Shown one piece after another: positions 53,303 through 64,000 of a stretch of DNA of 64,000 nucleotides. The translations under genes and the position numbers were made by a program. The stretch spans positions 10,394,390 to 10,458,389 of the forward strand of contig CM082580.2 of the NCBI GenBank assembly GCA_040954595.2, given 5' to 3'. A model generated the notes under the pieces. It made no database searches. It had not been told where the DNA came from and was given only the letters and a program-made list of their open reading frames with translations. How positions within the stretch are numbered: the first letter of the stretch is position 1; each line of letters begins with the position of its first letter. This DNA comes from Balanoglossus misakiensis (Eukaryota; Animalia; Hemichordata).

Positions 53303-56300
53303 TTAAGCCCCCCAGGTCTGGGAATGCAGGATTTCAGAATAATAATAATGGGGAATGACGATCACATGAAACTTTAATAGGTTGAAAGTATAATGGCTGG
53401 TGGGAGTTTTATGTAATTGTTTGTTGGCTTTCAAACAACCCCTGGTGAGAAACTCATTGTTATTTCATGTTTTTGTGTGTGTATGTGTTCCACTGATGCA
53501 AGATTTTCTAATGAGGCCGATCCAATGTCATAATAGTAGATACTTCATAGTACACGAAATATATAATAGAGGTACTGTTCTCCAGCTATGGAGAACAATG
53601 GCACACAATAACTTTCAATTTAATAGTCAGAGGTGTGATCAGCTTAACTTCTTTGCATCATATGCATGGAGGCACAAAGTACATTGTATATTCTGTTGCC
53701 ATGGTTTTGCAATAAATAATTGACAACATTTGAGGATATGCACTTGACGAAGACAGCTTCTCTCAAATTAAGTAAAATACATAAGGGAATATCCTGTGTT
53801 GTGTGATTGAAATATTTTTTGACTTCCCATAACCAACAGGACTTTCGTCATGACAGCTTTTGCTAGTAATTGCTACCTGGAAAACTGTGAAGTATATCCA
53901 TTGCTGTGAGGACCACCAGTAAGCCATGTAAATATATACCGACAAATCCCTAATCTTCTGAGTCTTGCAGACAAATTGGAATCAAATTAACTCAGTATTA
54001 TAAAATTGCCTTTTAACAAGGTGGCTGAGTCACACCATCCTTTGTATGCGCGATGACTTTGTGATTTTCACCTAATTTCTCTGTCACAGGAGATTATCCT
54101 CAGCTTTTGGGGGGAGACTATATCCTGTGATCGCGTGTCGATCAGTCTTTGTGACGGAACCGATTGGGGAGTGTACCCCGGGGATCATACAGGTCAGTCT
54201 TGAAGGTCGGAAACAAAGTTGGAGCTCGATATGGCATACAATTCTGTTGTATTTTGCAAAATGTGACCAATCCCTGTACAACACTTTTTTTTTTCCTTTT
54301 GTCAAAACAAAAAGTTCAGTGTTTTCTTTTAATGTATTTCTTATTCCCAACCCACTTTTGAAATCGCTTTTCCCCGACCAGGTTCTTATGTCAGCAGTGA
54401 GTACAAATCCAGTGTTAATTGTCATGATGATCGGCGATCCAGAGCCATTTTCCTGTTCTGGTCTTGGACCCCACCCATTTAATCATGTGATCAGTACGGC
54501 ATGATTATTCATAGATCTACTCTTCAACTCAGGGAGGGATTTATCCCTTCCCTAGTAAACATGCACTGCTTGGATGTACCCAAGAAGGCCCAACACAATT
54601 AGCTAACTGATCGTCCCCCTCAAGCCATACTGGCCGGTCCCTTACAAGGCGCTGGCACAAATATTTATCGACAAGGAAGTCCAACAAATTAAAGCGGGAA
54701 ATAATTGCACTAATCCCGTTTGTCCATCTCGGTAATCGTCGCCTAATCAATTGCGGATTCATTTAGTCATTATGGGATTTGCTCAGGATATATGATTGAG
54801 AGCTGTAATGGGCCAGATGTTTTTGAATACCACTATCGTGATTCACTTCGTTACAAATTGATGGATTTACAATTTACGGAAAAAAATCTAAAAGGAAAAA
54901 AATCCTCTATGGTGCGCAGAGAGACTCAGATGGTTTTGATTGGTGCAGTGCGATTTTTTTTTTAGCGTGTCTGCATTTGAAAGAAATGGGTCTGCGTTTT
55001 TGAAGTAAACTGGATGTAGTTTACAAAAGCCTTTGAAGCAAGATTCGTAGCAGAGCTGCTTTTAATGGACTATGAATCATCCAGATAAACTGACAGAAAA
55101 TTAAAGTTCCTGTTAATTCTTCGAAAGTATAGATGATTACTTTCATGCCTGCACGCATATGTTCTCTGTCGTACTTTTTCCCCCAACCGCATCGAAGCCT
55201 AAAATTTAATGAAAATCTCTTTTGTTGGCGATCGCCGTTGGATGAAACTTCCAGCTTTGATCCAGGAAACAAATTTCTGATTAAAACTTAAAGGGTGAAT
55301 TTAAATTACGACGTTAACCCTTAAACAAAAAGGCTGGCTTTCGCGATTAGCAATTTGGGACAGAATTAACTGCAATGTAACATTAGAATTTTGGCAAGGA
55401 AGTCTTTGGGGTGAAAGAATTCCCTTCCCGAAATAATGAATAGTAGGTGAATTTCCGGATAATTCATTGATATTGGTAGACAGATTTTTCTAAGATGTGT
55501 GTATGTGAAGGCATGCAGTGAGAGTAATTTGAAAGATTAATAAATTTAAAGTGAGGCCTGAGATATACATAATTTACATTGTGGACTGGCAGGAGATGCG
55601 ACTTCACAAACACACGTGCTAGATTCTCGCATTTGGTGTTGGATGGGTGTGCAGAAAGCTATTTGCATCAGACATACGGAGCCAAAATGGAGTTAGAGAT
55701 GTGAGCAGTGTTAATCCTTGAGAGACTGAAATACATGTATGTTTCACTGTTTACGAAATTGTTTTTGAAAATGTGTGCCTAGATTTATTACATATTAAGG
55801 TTAGTGAAGAAGAAGCATGTTGACAGCATCTCGGCAAAGAATCTCACCCAAGCAAATGTGTAGTTCAGGTAATGAAATTGTGGATTTTTATCAGGTGTAA
55901 CTCGTTGTGGAGTCAATGAAGCGCACTATCATAATATACGTGTAGTGATGTGCGTTTATATATATAAAAGTAATTCTGTCTCCGACCAGCGAGAAAAAAA
56001 AATTACAAGCATTTTCTTCTCATTCCCTTGCCAATTGTAGCCAATTTTGGGCTTTCAGAGAGCAAGTTAATGGTGAAATTGATCTCGCAGTCCTGTCCCT
56101 GGATCAAGCTTTTGAAATACACATACAGGGGGCTATTTCGATGCAAAGACCATTGTGATGCATTTTCTTCCATTAGCAGCCATTATCCCGCCTGCATCTT
56201 CAACAAAAGTAAATCCTGTCACTTTTCCTTCGATCCCTCTTTTCCTGTCTCATCCCAAACGAAAGAGGGAAATCTCGAGCGAGACAGACTCGCGGTCGAT

Positions 56301-57821
56301 GTATTTGACAGAGCTCGTTAAGGTCAGGTGACTAAAGGCTATTGATTGGAGTCTGGGTGTACATTGTTTAGGCACGCGGGTTAACAAAGTACCTGTCCGG
56401 CCTGAAAGCAGGGTAATTTTCTCGGCGCTGAATCGAGGAATACTCAATTTCTGGGTGTTTTTTTTCTACTGCTTGTGTGTGTGTCCTCTCTCGGTGGATT
56501 AAAATCTTTCAGAACATGCTGTCAGTCAAAACCAAGCAAATTTCAATGAAGATTCGGACTATAATTGGGTGTTTCTTCCCTCTTTTCTTGCCCCCCCCCC
56601 TCACAATTCTTTTCAGACTCTGAGTCATATTAAAGGCAGATCCGCAGCACAGCAGAGAAAGGTGCCATTTACATCGCATTTGTGCTCAGAGTGAATTAGC
56701 TGGAATTTGCCGCGACCGAGAAAAAGAGACTGAATTCTACAGGTTGTCATTAAAACGTGTCTGTCGCCTTAATCACACGGGAGGAAGCGCATTTGAACAC
56801 AAATCCAGCATTCAGCGGCTATTGTGCATCACACGAGGAGGGGGAAACGCCCCCCTCCCCTTCAATAAAACCGTGTCCTCATAATTGGACGCCGGAAAGT
56901 TCAGCCTTTGCAACGCATGGCTAATTGGAGTATTGTGGTCAGCACTATGGTGTCGATTTCTTATGCACCAATTGCTGTGATAATTAGGGGCTTGTGATCT
57001 GGGGACGCTGATGATAATTTCCGCACGGAGGTTGGAAGGTGGCAGTTTAGTGCAGTATAATTTCATTCGGATTTCGGTGTGCATGTGTTTAAATAACAAT
57101 TAAGGAATGTAAAGTTTCAGCACCAGGCTAGTTTACAGGGCGAGGCTTTGCATACTCACTTCGTCACATCTTTTACATTCTGATATGTGTCAACTGGGCT
57201 TTAAAGGGACAATATGGCCCAATTTTGACATTTTTTGAGCACATATTATTGAACAGAACGACATAAATAAGCTATCAAAAGAAACTAAAATAACCAAAAT
57301 ATTGAGAACATTATTTTTTGCCTTTAATATGAAAGGCTGGGTTAACTCTGCATATTCCAAAAGCTAGTGTGTTGCATTATCATGCAGATACACAATTCCT
57401 ATGTGAGACACAAATTTCCTCCAGATAAGAGTTCCCAATTAGCCCTTCCATTCACTTCCCCACCTTTGCTAACAAGATTCCAACAATTTATTAGTCACTG
57501 CTGGGAAATTAATTTCAACAATTTCTTTCTAACGCCGTGGGAATTACAATTGACAGATCTTCAGTTTTAATTAGTTGTTTTATCTTCATCAGTCTTTGCT
57601 TTGAAGGGTGTAATTGCTTAGAAGAGTGTTTTACTTTGAACAATTAGAGGACCTGCTTGTACCGTATACAAATGTGTTTTCTTAGCCAGTGAGTTTTGGC
57701 TGATATAGCACGCATACACAGGGTGCCGGTATGCCATCATGCTATAGGTTCTAGAACAAGAAACACTAGCTGTACACAGAACAAAAATACTGAAAAAAAT
57801 ACCCCAAAATTTACAGTTTAA

Positions 57822-57906
57822 CCCTTTCACCCCCAGTTCCCTCTTTTGAGGTCCAATTTTACCATGGGAAACAATGGTTTTGGACTGAACCATAGTGGTG
57901 AAGGGG
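57822..57906. mobile_element. 85-bp piggyBac-like MITE
   Basis: TTAA-CCCTTTCACC ... GGTGAAGGGG-TTAA (9/10 inverted match). Confidence 0.7.
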
Positions 57907-60553
57907 TTAATTTGTCTTTTTCAGTTGTCTGAATTGCTTTCCCCAGCTATCACATTGATTTTCATATATTTGAGACTTACTGTTTGTGTATATAAACACT
58001 GGTACAAGGTGTTTTTGGTGATTCAAATTTCATTTCACATCTACGGCTTCGAACAGACTAGAATCTGTCGCACTGCACTAAATTGGGTGCCATTCGCATG
58101 ACGTCTGCAGTCACACAAACCTCTAGTTGTAGATATGAGAACAGGGCCAATATTGGAGTCTTTGGCAGTCCACATGTTATCACTGAATTATAGCATGAAC
58201 TATGCAAAGACGTCCAATTTCCTTGATGTCTATCTGTGAGAGTGCAATGCAGGACAGGCCACTCTTAGTGATTACCACCATTCATATGCATGCGCGACAC
58301 CTCGCTCGTTCCAATTTGGCAGTCGGATAACAGTATTCCGCCGCAGACGGAAAATTTAATCACAACTTCTCTGGGGACTCAGCTTTATCTGACAGCTCTA
58401 TTGGATGTCTGGCTATTGCGTTGAAGAGATGACAATGCGTATATAACTTCATCAGCTTTTTTCCCCCATCTATCAATTTCCTCTCCCCTTTTCTGTTTGT
58501 TCTGTGAAATATGCGGTTGTCAGTTTATTACACAAAGCTGGATCGGAGTGATGAAATGTGATTACCGTTCGCACGTTGCCATGAAATATTTGGAAATGAC
58601 AGCACCTCGTAAAAATATTTATTGGTCGTATGCCTCCCATGGTGGTAGGCTGAGCTTTTTTCACATGTGCGAGATGTTGTCTAGTTTAATCAACGACATT
58701 GGCAGCACCATCACTTGTCATGTTGCATTGTTATCAATCTACCATAAGATAATCAAAATTCATTTGGGACGATGATTTTGTTGGTTCAAAAAAGAGATTA
58801 TGCCCAGCAGTTGCATCAGAGATATAATATGCCGCGTGCCCGTAATAATCGTACATCTTTCCATTTCCGCTGATAGCGTAATTCCCAGAGTGGGATCCAA
58901 GGCTTTGTTGAATCACCAGTGCTTTGTGAGGCTAGAGAATACTTTTTGGAATCACAGAAGGGAGTGGCTTCAAACTTTGTTTGCAGTTGAAAAGTGAGAA
59001 GTGTGGCTGCACGTTTGCGAACGCTTATAAGGAAGAGTGGTCTCTTGGGGGCGCTGTTACACTCTGCTGTATGGCAAGATATGTGCATGCACGATGGCAT
59101 TCTGTATTCTGTATGTTCACATGATGACAATTGTAATTTGTTGCAATTGATGTGTGTTGAATTCCACACTTGAATTCAATTTTCCACAACAGCAGTACTG
59201 ATAGTACCCGCATGGGCTATGTCGATAAGATAAATATACTGGTCATTTCAGTGTGCTTCAGGGATATCAAGTCTATCAAGAAATTTTCTGCGCAGTTTCT
59301 TTCACAAGATGATGCCACAGGAACTCGCTTGTGTTTAGTCTTGGTATCCACTTACATGGAGATTTTACATTGCTGTAAGACATGCACATATCCATCTCTT
59401 GTTTATCTCTTTTTCTTCACCGCAAGAGTAGGCGACCCTGTCATGTTTTAGGAGTGCACACGTTTCATATCAGATGACCAGACTGAAAGATCAGTCGTTG
59501 AAAGAGCTCTCCATCTCTTCTCCCCAGGCGCGTTACAGAGAATCTGCAATCGTGAGAGGGGAGAGCAATCGAGAGTTCATCCAGCGAGAGATCTTGTTGA
59601 TTTTCTGTGCCGGTGCACGATCAGTACACTGAGTTGTCACCCTCATGCCAGAGAGACAGAGAGGGAGAGGGGGGGGGGGGGGAGGGAGAGAGTGAATATA
59701 GGAAAACTTTGGGATAAAGAGAATGGTTGCTATGGAAACTTAAGAAAGACTGATATCAATTATTATAATTGGGAGAACATGAGTAGGAAAGCATTAAATT
59801 GATAATTATGAAACTACAGAAAAGAGGAACCATATGCATTACTAATTGGAAATTCAATATGAAGCCTTCTACAAGTAGTCTGAAGAATGCAGTATAAGGT
59901 TTAGGTTATTTCGTGGGATATACCTGACATACATGACAGTGAATGATACATTTATTTTGGGAATAACCATGATGTATACATACATGTATGCAACACTTTG
60001 ATTTGTGCTTCTCTCAGTAATAAAACAATAGAAAGCACTTCATTTTAGCATGCATAGAAGACAGGTGGAAACTAGAGCTGGTGTAGTAGTCGTAGACCGG
60101 CTCTGTTTTGGGATTATCCCTTTTCCATCCTGATGAGATTTTACGATTACACGGATCGGTTCCCAGCATTTGCTTTGATGGGATATTACGAGGAAGTCAA
60201 TTTCCATCCGAGTGCGTCTTCCACTCGTCTAACTAAATATTTGACCCTGGGGCTTGACCCCCGCGCCATGTCTGGGTCAAACTATTGTTTGAACCGACCC
60301 CTGCAGTGATTGTCGTGTTAACAATCACATGTAACAAGCTTCTGATCTTAATTTGATGGTGCTTGTGGGTGAAGTTCAGAATTCGGAATGTGTTTTTTTG
60401 AATCCAGGGACGTGAATCATGAATGATAATGATGCGTTCATCAGCAGTCCTTTGTTGTGGTACAAAGCCTTCAAAAAGCTGGAAAAGGGGATTTTGAAAA
60501 ATGTGGATTTTCTGATTTTCTGATCTTTCCCTCTGTTTTTATTGATGTTGAAA

Positions 60554-60797
60554 AGGACTGTTCAGAATTTACTTCCAGGGTGGGGCCAGAGGATTTTTTA
60601 TTTTCCTGGTGATTTTTTCCATGCTCCCCTAGTAAATTGTGGAGGAAATCTGTGATCCCCCTTAAATTTCCTGGGGGTTTTCCATGGCCCCCCTAAACGA
60701 TTGTGATTTTTATGTTTGGTCCCCCCATTTTTTCTTTGAGAAAATGGGTGGTCCCCCTGAAAAGCCTCCCCCCCGGAAGTAAATTCTGAACAGTCCC
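60554..60797. mobile_element. MITE with 22-bp perfect TIRs and internal ~30-bp degenerate subrepeats (PIF/Harbinger-like)
   Basis: GGACTGTTCAGAATTTACTTCC (60555-60576) / GGAAGTAAATTCTGAACAGTCC (60775-60796); TAA at the right flank; repeated TTTT..CCCCC units inside. Confidence 0.82.
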
Positions 60798-62000
60798 TAA
60801 CCCCCCCCCCCCCCCCCCCCCACACACACACACATTGTGTATTGTCGGATTGTGTGGAAACGTTTTCAGTCAGGAAGTCGTTCCATTTCCCCAAAAAATC
60901 TATACAAAGCGATCACCATGCACTTTTATCAACAAAAAGAATGGACAGTGTGTGGCTCCCACCCTCCCTGCTTTGTCTCGAATCATATCGGTTGCGATCT
61001 CCTTTCCCGGACATGAATATTCAAATTTTGCGAAACGATGCGCATGATGGATTTTAAGTGTCAGATTCTGGTGACATGAACATTTGCATCACCGAAGCCC
61101 AACACCAGTGTCGCTGTCGCGTGTGCGGTTAGCAGAGTGGATTGGGCGCATAACATAGTACAAAGGACTCTGTAAGTCGGGGATTAGGCCTATACATTTG
61201 ACGTTTCCTGCCATTGTCGTCTGCTAGCTGAGCCGCATTTTCAAGACAAAAGCTCCCGCATCGTTTAAACGCAGATGTTCCATTTCTGCGTGTCTTGAGA
61301 AAGTGTAACTTAAACGCAGAGTGAAAGAAAAATATCCTAAATTAAACAGCATTTATAAAAATAGCGAACTCAATATGCTGTTTTCTTTGTAGCCAGTAGC
61401 GACGCATTACTCATCACAGCGATAATCGATGAATATTTTATGAAAATCGCTGAATTTTGAGATTACAGACGTTATACGTGATATATGCGACGCAAAAACA
61501 ACTTTCGGCCATGCTCAGATGAACTATAGCCATCCTCATGATCCTGATGCGTTTTGCAGACGAAAGTGCAGTTTTCAGGCGATGGTTTGGATAGATTCCT
61601 TTGTGTAAAATCATGAAAATGATGAAAACACGATCTAATATTCATCAGAGGAAATTTCCAAAATAGCTTGCAGCTTTTGCGGCCCCTCGAAGCGCATGAA
61701 GAGAGTTGCAAAGTGGCCGAGTTAAACATGGACACAGATTCAGTCCTGCAGTCGAAAGACCGACATGGATGACATGAGCGAAGGGGCGTATATTTACCTT
61801 GTGTCCTTAAATGACCCTTTACTGCTTCATCCCTGGACCATACAATGCACGAGGGTGAATGAGGGCGCTTATCAAAGAGAAACGTCAGGAGAACGGACTC
61901 GGAATCCTAATGCGATGAGCCAAATTGAGTGTTATGAATCACTAACTTTATTTACTTTTAATAAGCGGATGAGATGAACACTGTGTATAAAGCACGTACG

Positions 62001-62006
62001 TTTATT
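62001..62006 (-). terminator. Candidate polyadenylation signal of the TMEM249-like gene
   Basis: TTTATT on plus = AATAAA on minus, ~33 nt after the ancestral stop codon. Confidence 0.6.
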
Positions 62007-62038
62007 CAAAATGGTGTGTGGAGTATGATTTACTCGTT

Positions 62039-62339
62039 TTAAGCTGAGATTTCGCTGTAGTCTGGTGACAGACTTGGAGGTCTTGACTCATAGGGACACC
62101 TGTGTCTGATGATATGTAAACTTTCAGTCAAGGAAAGCGATGAATATCTATATCCATATTATTCTACAAAACTTGTGTTTTCTTTGAGTCCCGGTATACG
62201 CATTCCACTGAGATGATCATACTTCATACAATGTGCGGGGAAGTATGAGAAAAAGGATATGTTTTGTTGAAACGTCTTTGAAATCAAAATAATTGAGGTT
62301 AATCCTGGCTGCAACTAGTTTCCCAAGCCTTTCCAATTT
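62039..62339 (-). CDS. TMEM249: TMEM249-like last exon; as read it stops early at 62217-62219; the ancestral frame resumes at 62110 and stops at 62039-62041
   Basis: KLERLGKLVAARINLNYFDFKDVSTKHI then insert-derived LFLILPRTLYEV*; beyond the insert IRHRCPYESRPPSLSPDYSEISA*. Confidence 0.82.
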
Positions 62340-62584
62340 CTGGGGGGAAAAGAAAGACAACATTTAATTTCTTTGGATGAGACATGCATTGTAATACACG
62401 AGTCGCTGTACTTTGTGGGTATTCGGTATAGCGATATAGAGGGGAGAGGATTGGATGGTTGTGTTGGCAGTAAACTAAAAGACGATATCCTACCTCCCTG
62501 TTTGTGCCTGTGTAACTGAGTTCTTGTTCTTCGACGTGGTAGCCGTTTAACACAATGGTGAAATACATGTCCCCGCCGCCTGCA

Positions 62585-62615
<31 letters not shown>

Positions 62616-63618
62616 GCACTTTAAATATCCACGCGCAAAATAATCAGCCTGAGAATACCATGTTACTCTTTGGTCAACCTACCTCCTTTTAGCCCACGTA
62701 ATCTGATGTATATGTTGTGTATATGGCCTTTGTAAACCAGTTTGTCACCCGTGTAGAAACCATATTCATCCCTGTTTGTGTTGACGACTATTCTCCGCTT
62801 ATCTTTGTACGTGAAAATGATATAACAGGCGCTGCATAGGACCAGGATGACGAGGGTGAAGTTTTGCTGGAAGAGACCAAGAAGATTTGTGTCTCGTGAG
62901 GCTAGTATTGACCACCAAACGTGGCGATGGTATCATTTGCAGGTGTACTTTGAAATGATTGTGTGCAAAGAACACAGGGGACATTCTGTCGCGCTGTCGT
63001 TTTACTGTCGGAACTTCAGGTCCATACTTACATCCATTGGTTTATCGGCGTAGTAACCTATGACCCCGATGACAACAAGTATCATCACGGCCGTCGCTTG
63101 CCACAACTTGGGAGACCGGAATTCATACTCGAAATCTGTATTTCAACAAACAAACAAACAAACAAATAAAACGCAAACGTCCTTAATATTGGTGCGTCCT
63201 CTGGCAATTGCATTAAAGTCGTTTAATCCGAAAAAGCATTTCATATTGACAGGAACGAGCTTTTTAGTTTCACCTGAAAGCGAGTACAGTAACTACACTT
63301 TGTCAATTTAGCTTTTTTTCAGTCCAGAACTTCTCCGTTTCTGTTTGTGTGATGAAAGGGCCCAGTAGAATCCCTAACGAGAAACTCGTGTACTTTTTAC
63401 ACGACAGTTCATGTGAAAGGCAAGTTGAACTTGCATTACTCTGATGCGCAGTCCTTTGTTTTAGTCTTTTGTCGTAATTAATCTGATCACTTACATCCGG
63501 GAGCTAACTCCGTAAACGGGTGCGTGTGGTTCTTTTCGAGATTCTTCTTAAAATAAAGTTCTGGTTTCGTCAGGAATTTCACCTGAAAATCCCAAGTTCC
63601 GAAGATGCCCACTACCAT
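62039..63618 (-). CDS. TMEM249: TMEM249 / CatSper-theta (CATSPERQ)-like two-TM protein; exons join(63495-63618,63032-63135,62683-62866,62494-62579, last exon from 62339), last exon interrupted by an insertion
   Basis: Spliced translation MVVGIFGTWDFQVKFLTKPELYFKKNLEKNHTHPFTELAPGYFEYEFRSPKLWQATAVMILVVIGVIGYYADKPMDQNFTLVILVLCSACYIIFTYKDKRRIVVNTNRDEYGFYTGDKLVYKGHIHNIYIRLRGLKGGGGDMYFTIVLNGYHVEEQELSYTGTNREKLERLGKLVAARINLNYFDFKDVSTKHI-IRHRCPY... matches recalled TMEM249 motifs (PE..N..PF..P..F..E..LW; two TMs; G.LH.VYVRL; LG..IA..LNINYFD..S..HVVRH). GT-AG junctions have consistent phases. Confidence 0.88.
62118..62255. mobile_element. 138-bp insertion with 7-bp target-site-like duplication inside the TMEM249 last exon
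   Basis: GATATGT at 62111-62117 and 62256-62262; removing 145 bp restores the reading frame and the HIIRH motif; internal 9-bp inverted repeat TCATACTTC/GAAGTATGA (62217-62248). Confidence 0.7.
62494..62579 (-). CDS. TMEM249: TMEM249-like coding exon 4
   Basis: (G)GGDMYFTIVLNGYHVEEQELSYTGTNRE; acceptor after (CT)n ...TTTGCAG, donor GAG|GTAGGA. Confidence 0.88.
62591..62612. repeat. (GA)11 microsatellite serving as the polypyrimidine tract of TMEM249 exon 4
   Basis: Direct read; (CT)n on the coding strand just upstream of TTTGCAG. Confidence 0.9.
62683..62866 (-). CDS. TMEM249: TMEM249-like coding exon 3 (TM2 + cytoplasmic domain)
   Basis: QNFTLVILVLCSACYIIFTY...YKGHIHNIYIRLRGLKG; acceptor CTCTTCCAG, donor G|GTAGGT. 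Confidence 0.88.
63032..63135 (-). CDS. TMEM249: TMEM249-like coding exon 2 (TM1)
   Basis: (Y)FEYEFRSPKLWQATAVMILVVIGVIGYYADKPMD; acceptor ATACAG, donor GAT|GTAAGT. Confidence 0.88.
63495..63618 (-). CDS. TMEM249: TMEM249-like coding exon 1
   Basis: ATG at 63618 with an in-frame stop upstream; donor T|GTAAGT, phase 1. Confidence 0.82.
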
Positions 63619-64000
63619 GACACCATACCATCCAGAGCTGCAACGCCGTCTTCATGAAATGCAACAGCGATATTCCGTCTTCGACACCTGCCCAATAGTT
63701 CGTCCGATTGTCGTCGTGTGGGCGCGTTCTAGAATCGTCATTCTGTTTGACCCTGCTTGACCTTTCCGATTCTACCGAGTCTGTGTTCCGTCGCGTCGCT
63801 ATGCGTGTGATTACGTCATCGCGCGTCTTGGGCGAGTGCGTGCACGTTTCGTTTATTCTTTTTGGGAACTTTGGAACCGAACGTTCAGATGAATTTTAGG
63901 TTTAATTATGATTTTGGCCGAGCAGTGCAAAAATCATGCTATTTTGAAGCATTTTGTTGGTCTCAGATTTTGTTTTAACGGCGTCCGACCTCAAACGATT

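Noticed and set aside
32350-56390. Partial matches to conserved miRNAs (miR-7-like at ~32378-32388 minus, miR-79-like at ~45606, miR-124-like at ~56369)
   Set aside because: Only 9-12 nt match and no complementary star arm or hairpin nearby.
1-64000. Prokaryote-type systems (CRISPR arrays, operons, defence islands), rRNA, tRNA
   Set aside because: The sequence is spliceosomal-intron-containing eukaryotic DNA; no regularly spaced repeats or structural RNA signatures were seen.

Overview
Eukaryotic, AT-rich, intron-containing genomic DNA. It is probably from a marine invertebrate; a hemichordate or echinoderm is my guess from gene style and repeats, not proven. Two spliced genes could be reconstructed by hand, both on the minus strand, with GT-AG junctions and consistent phases. 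(1) The 5' part (8 coding exons, 384-17006) of an I-domain-less integrin alpha of the alphaV/alpha5/alpha8 (RGD/PS2) type, which continues off the left edge. (2) A 5-exon TMEM249/CatSper-theta-like gene (62039-63618). Its last exon is interrupted by a 138-bp insertion flanked by a 7-bp direct repeat, which cuts off the conserved HIIRH tail unless a cryptic intron rescues it. Between the two genes are a decayed class A GPCR-like relic (~20.3-21.0 kb, minus), a heavily decayed ~3.4-kb multi-LRR/LRRCT relic (~21.4-24.8 kb, plus), a motif-dense promoter-like element at ~25.0 kb followed by candidate exons with no recognisable product, and an inverted, frameshifted copy of integrin exon 8 plus a probable exon 9 remnant at 33.0-33.9 kb. 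Several MITEs (Kolobok-, piggyBac- and PIF/Harbinger-type ends) and microsatellites are also present. Most ORFs in the supplied track are spurious. I recognised no tRNA, rRNA, CRISPR array or known miRNA. All alignments are by eye; no database search was run.
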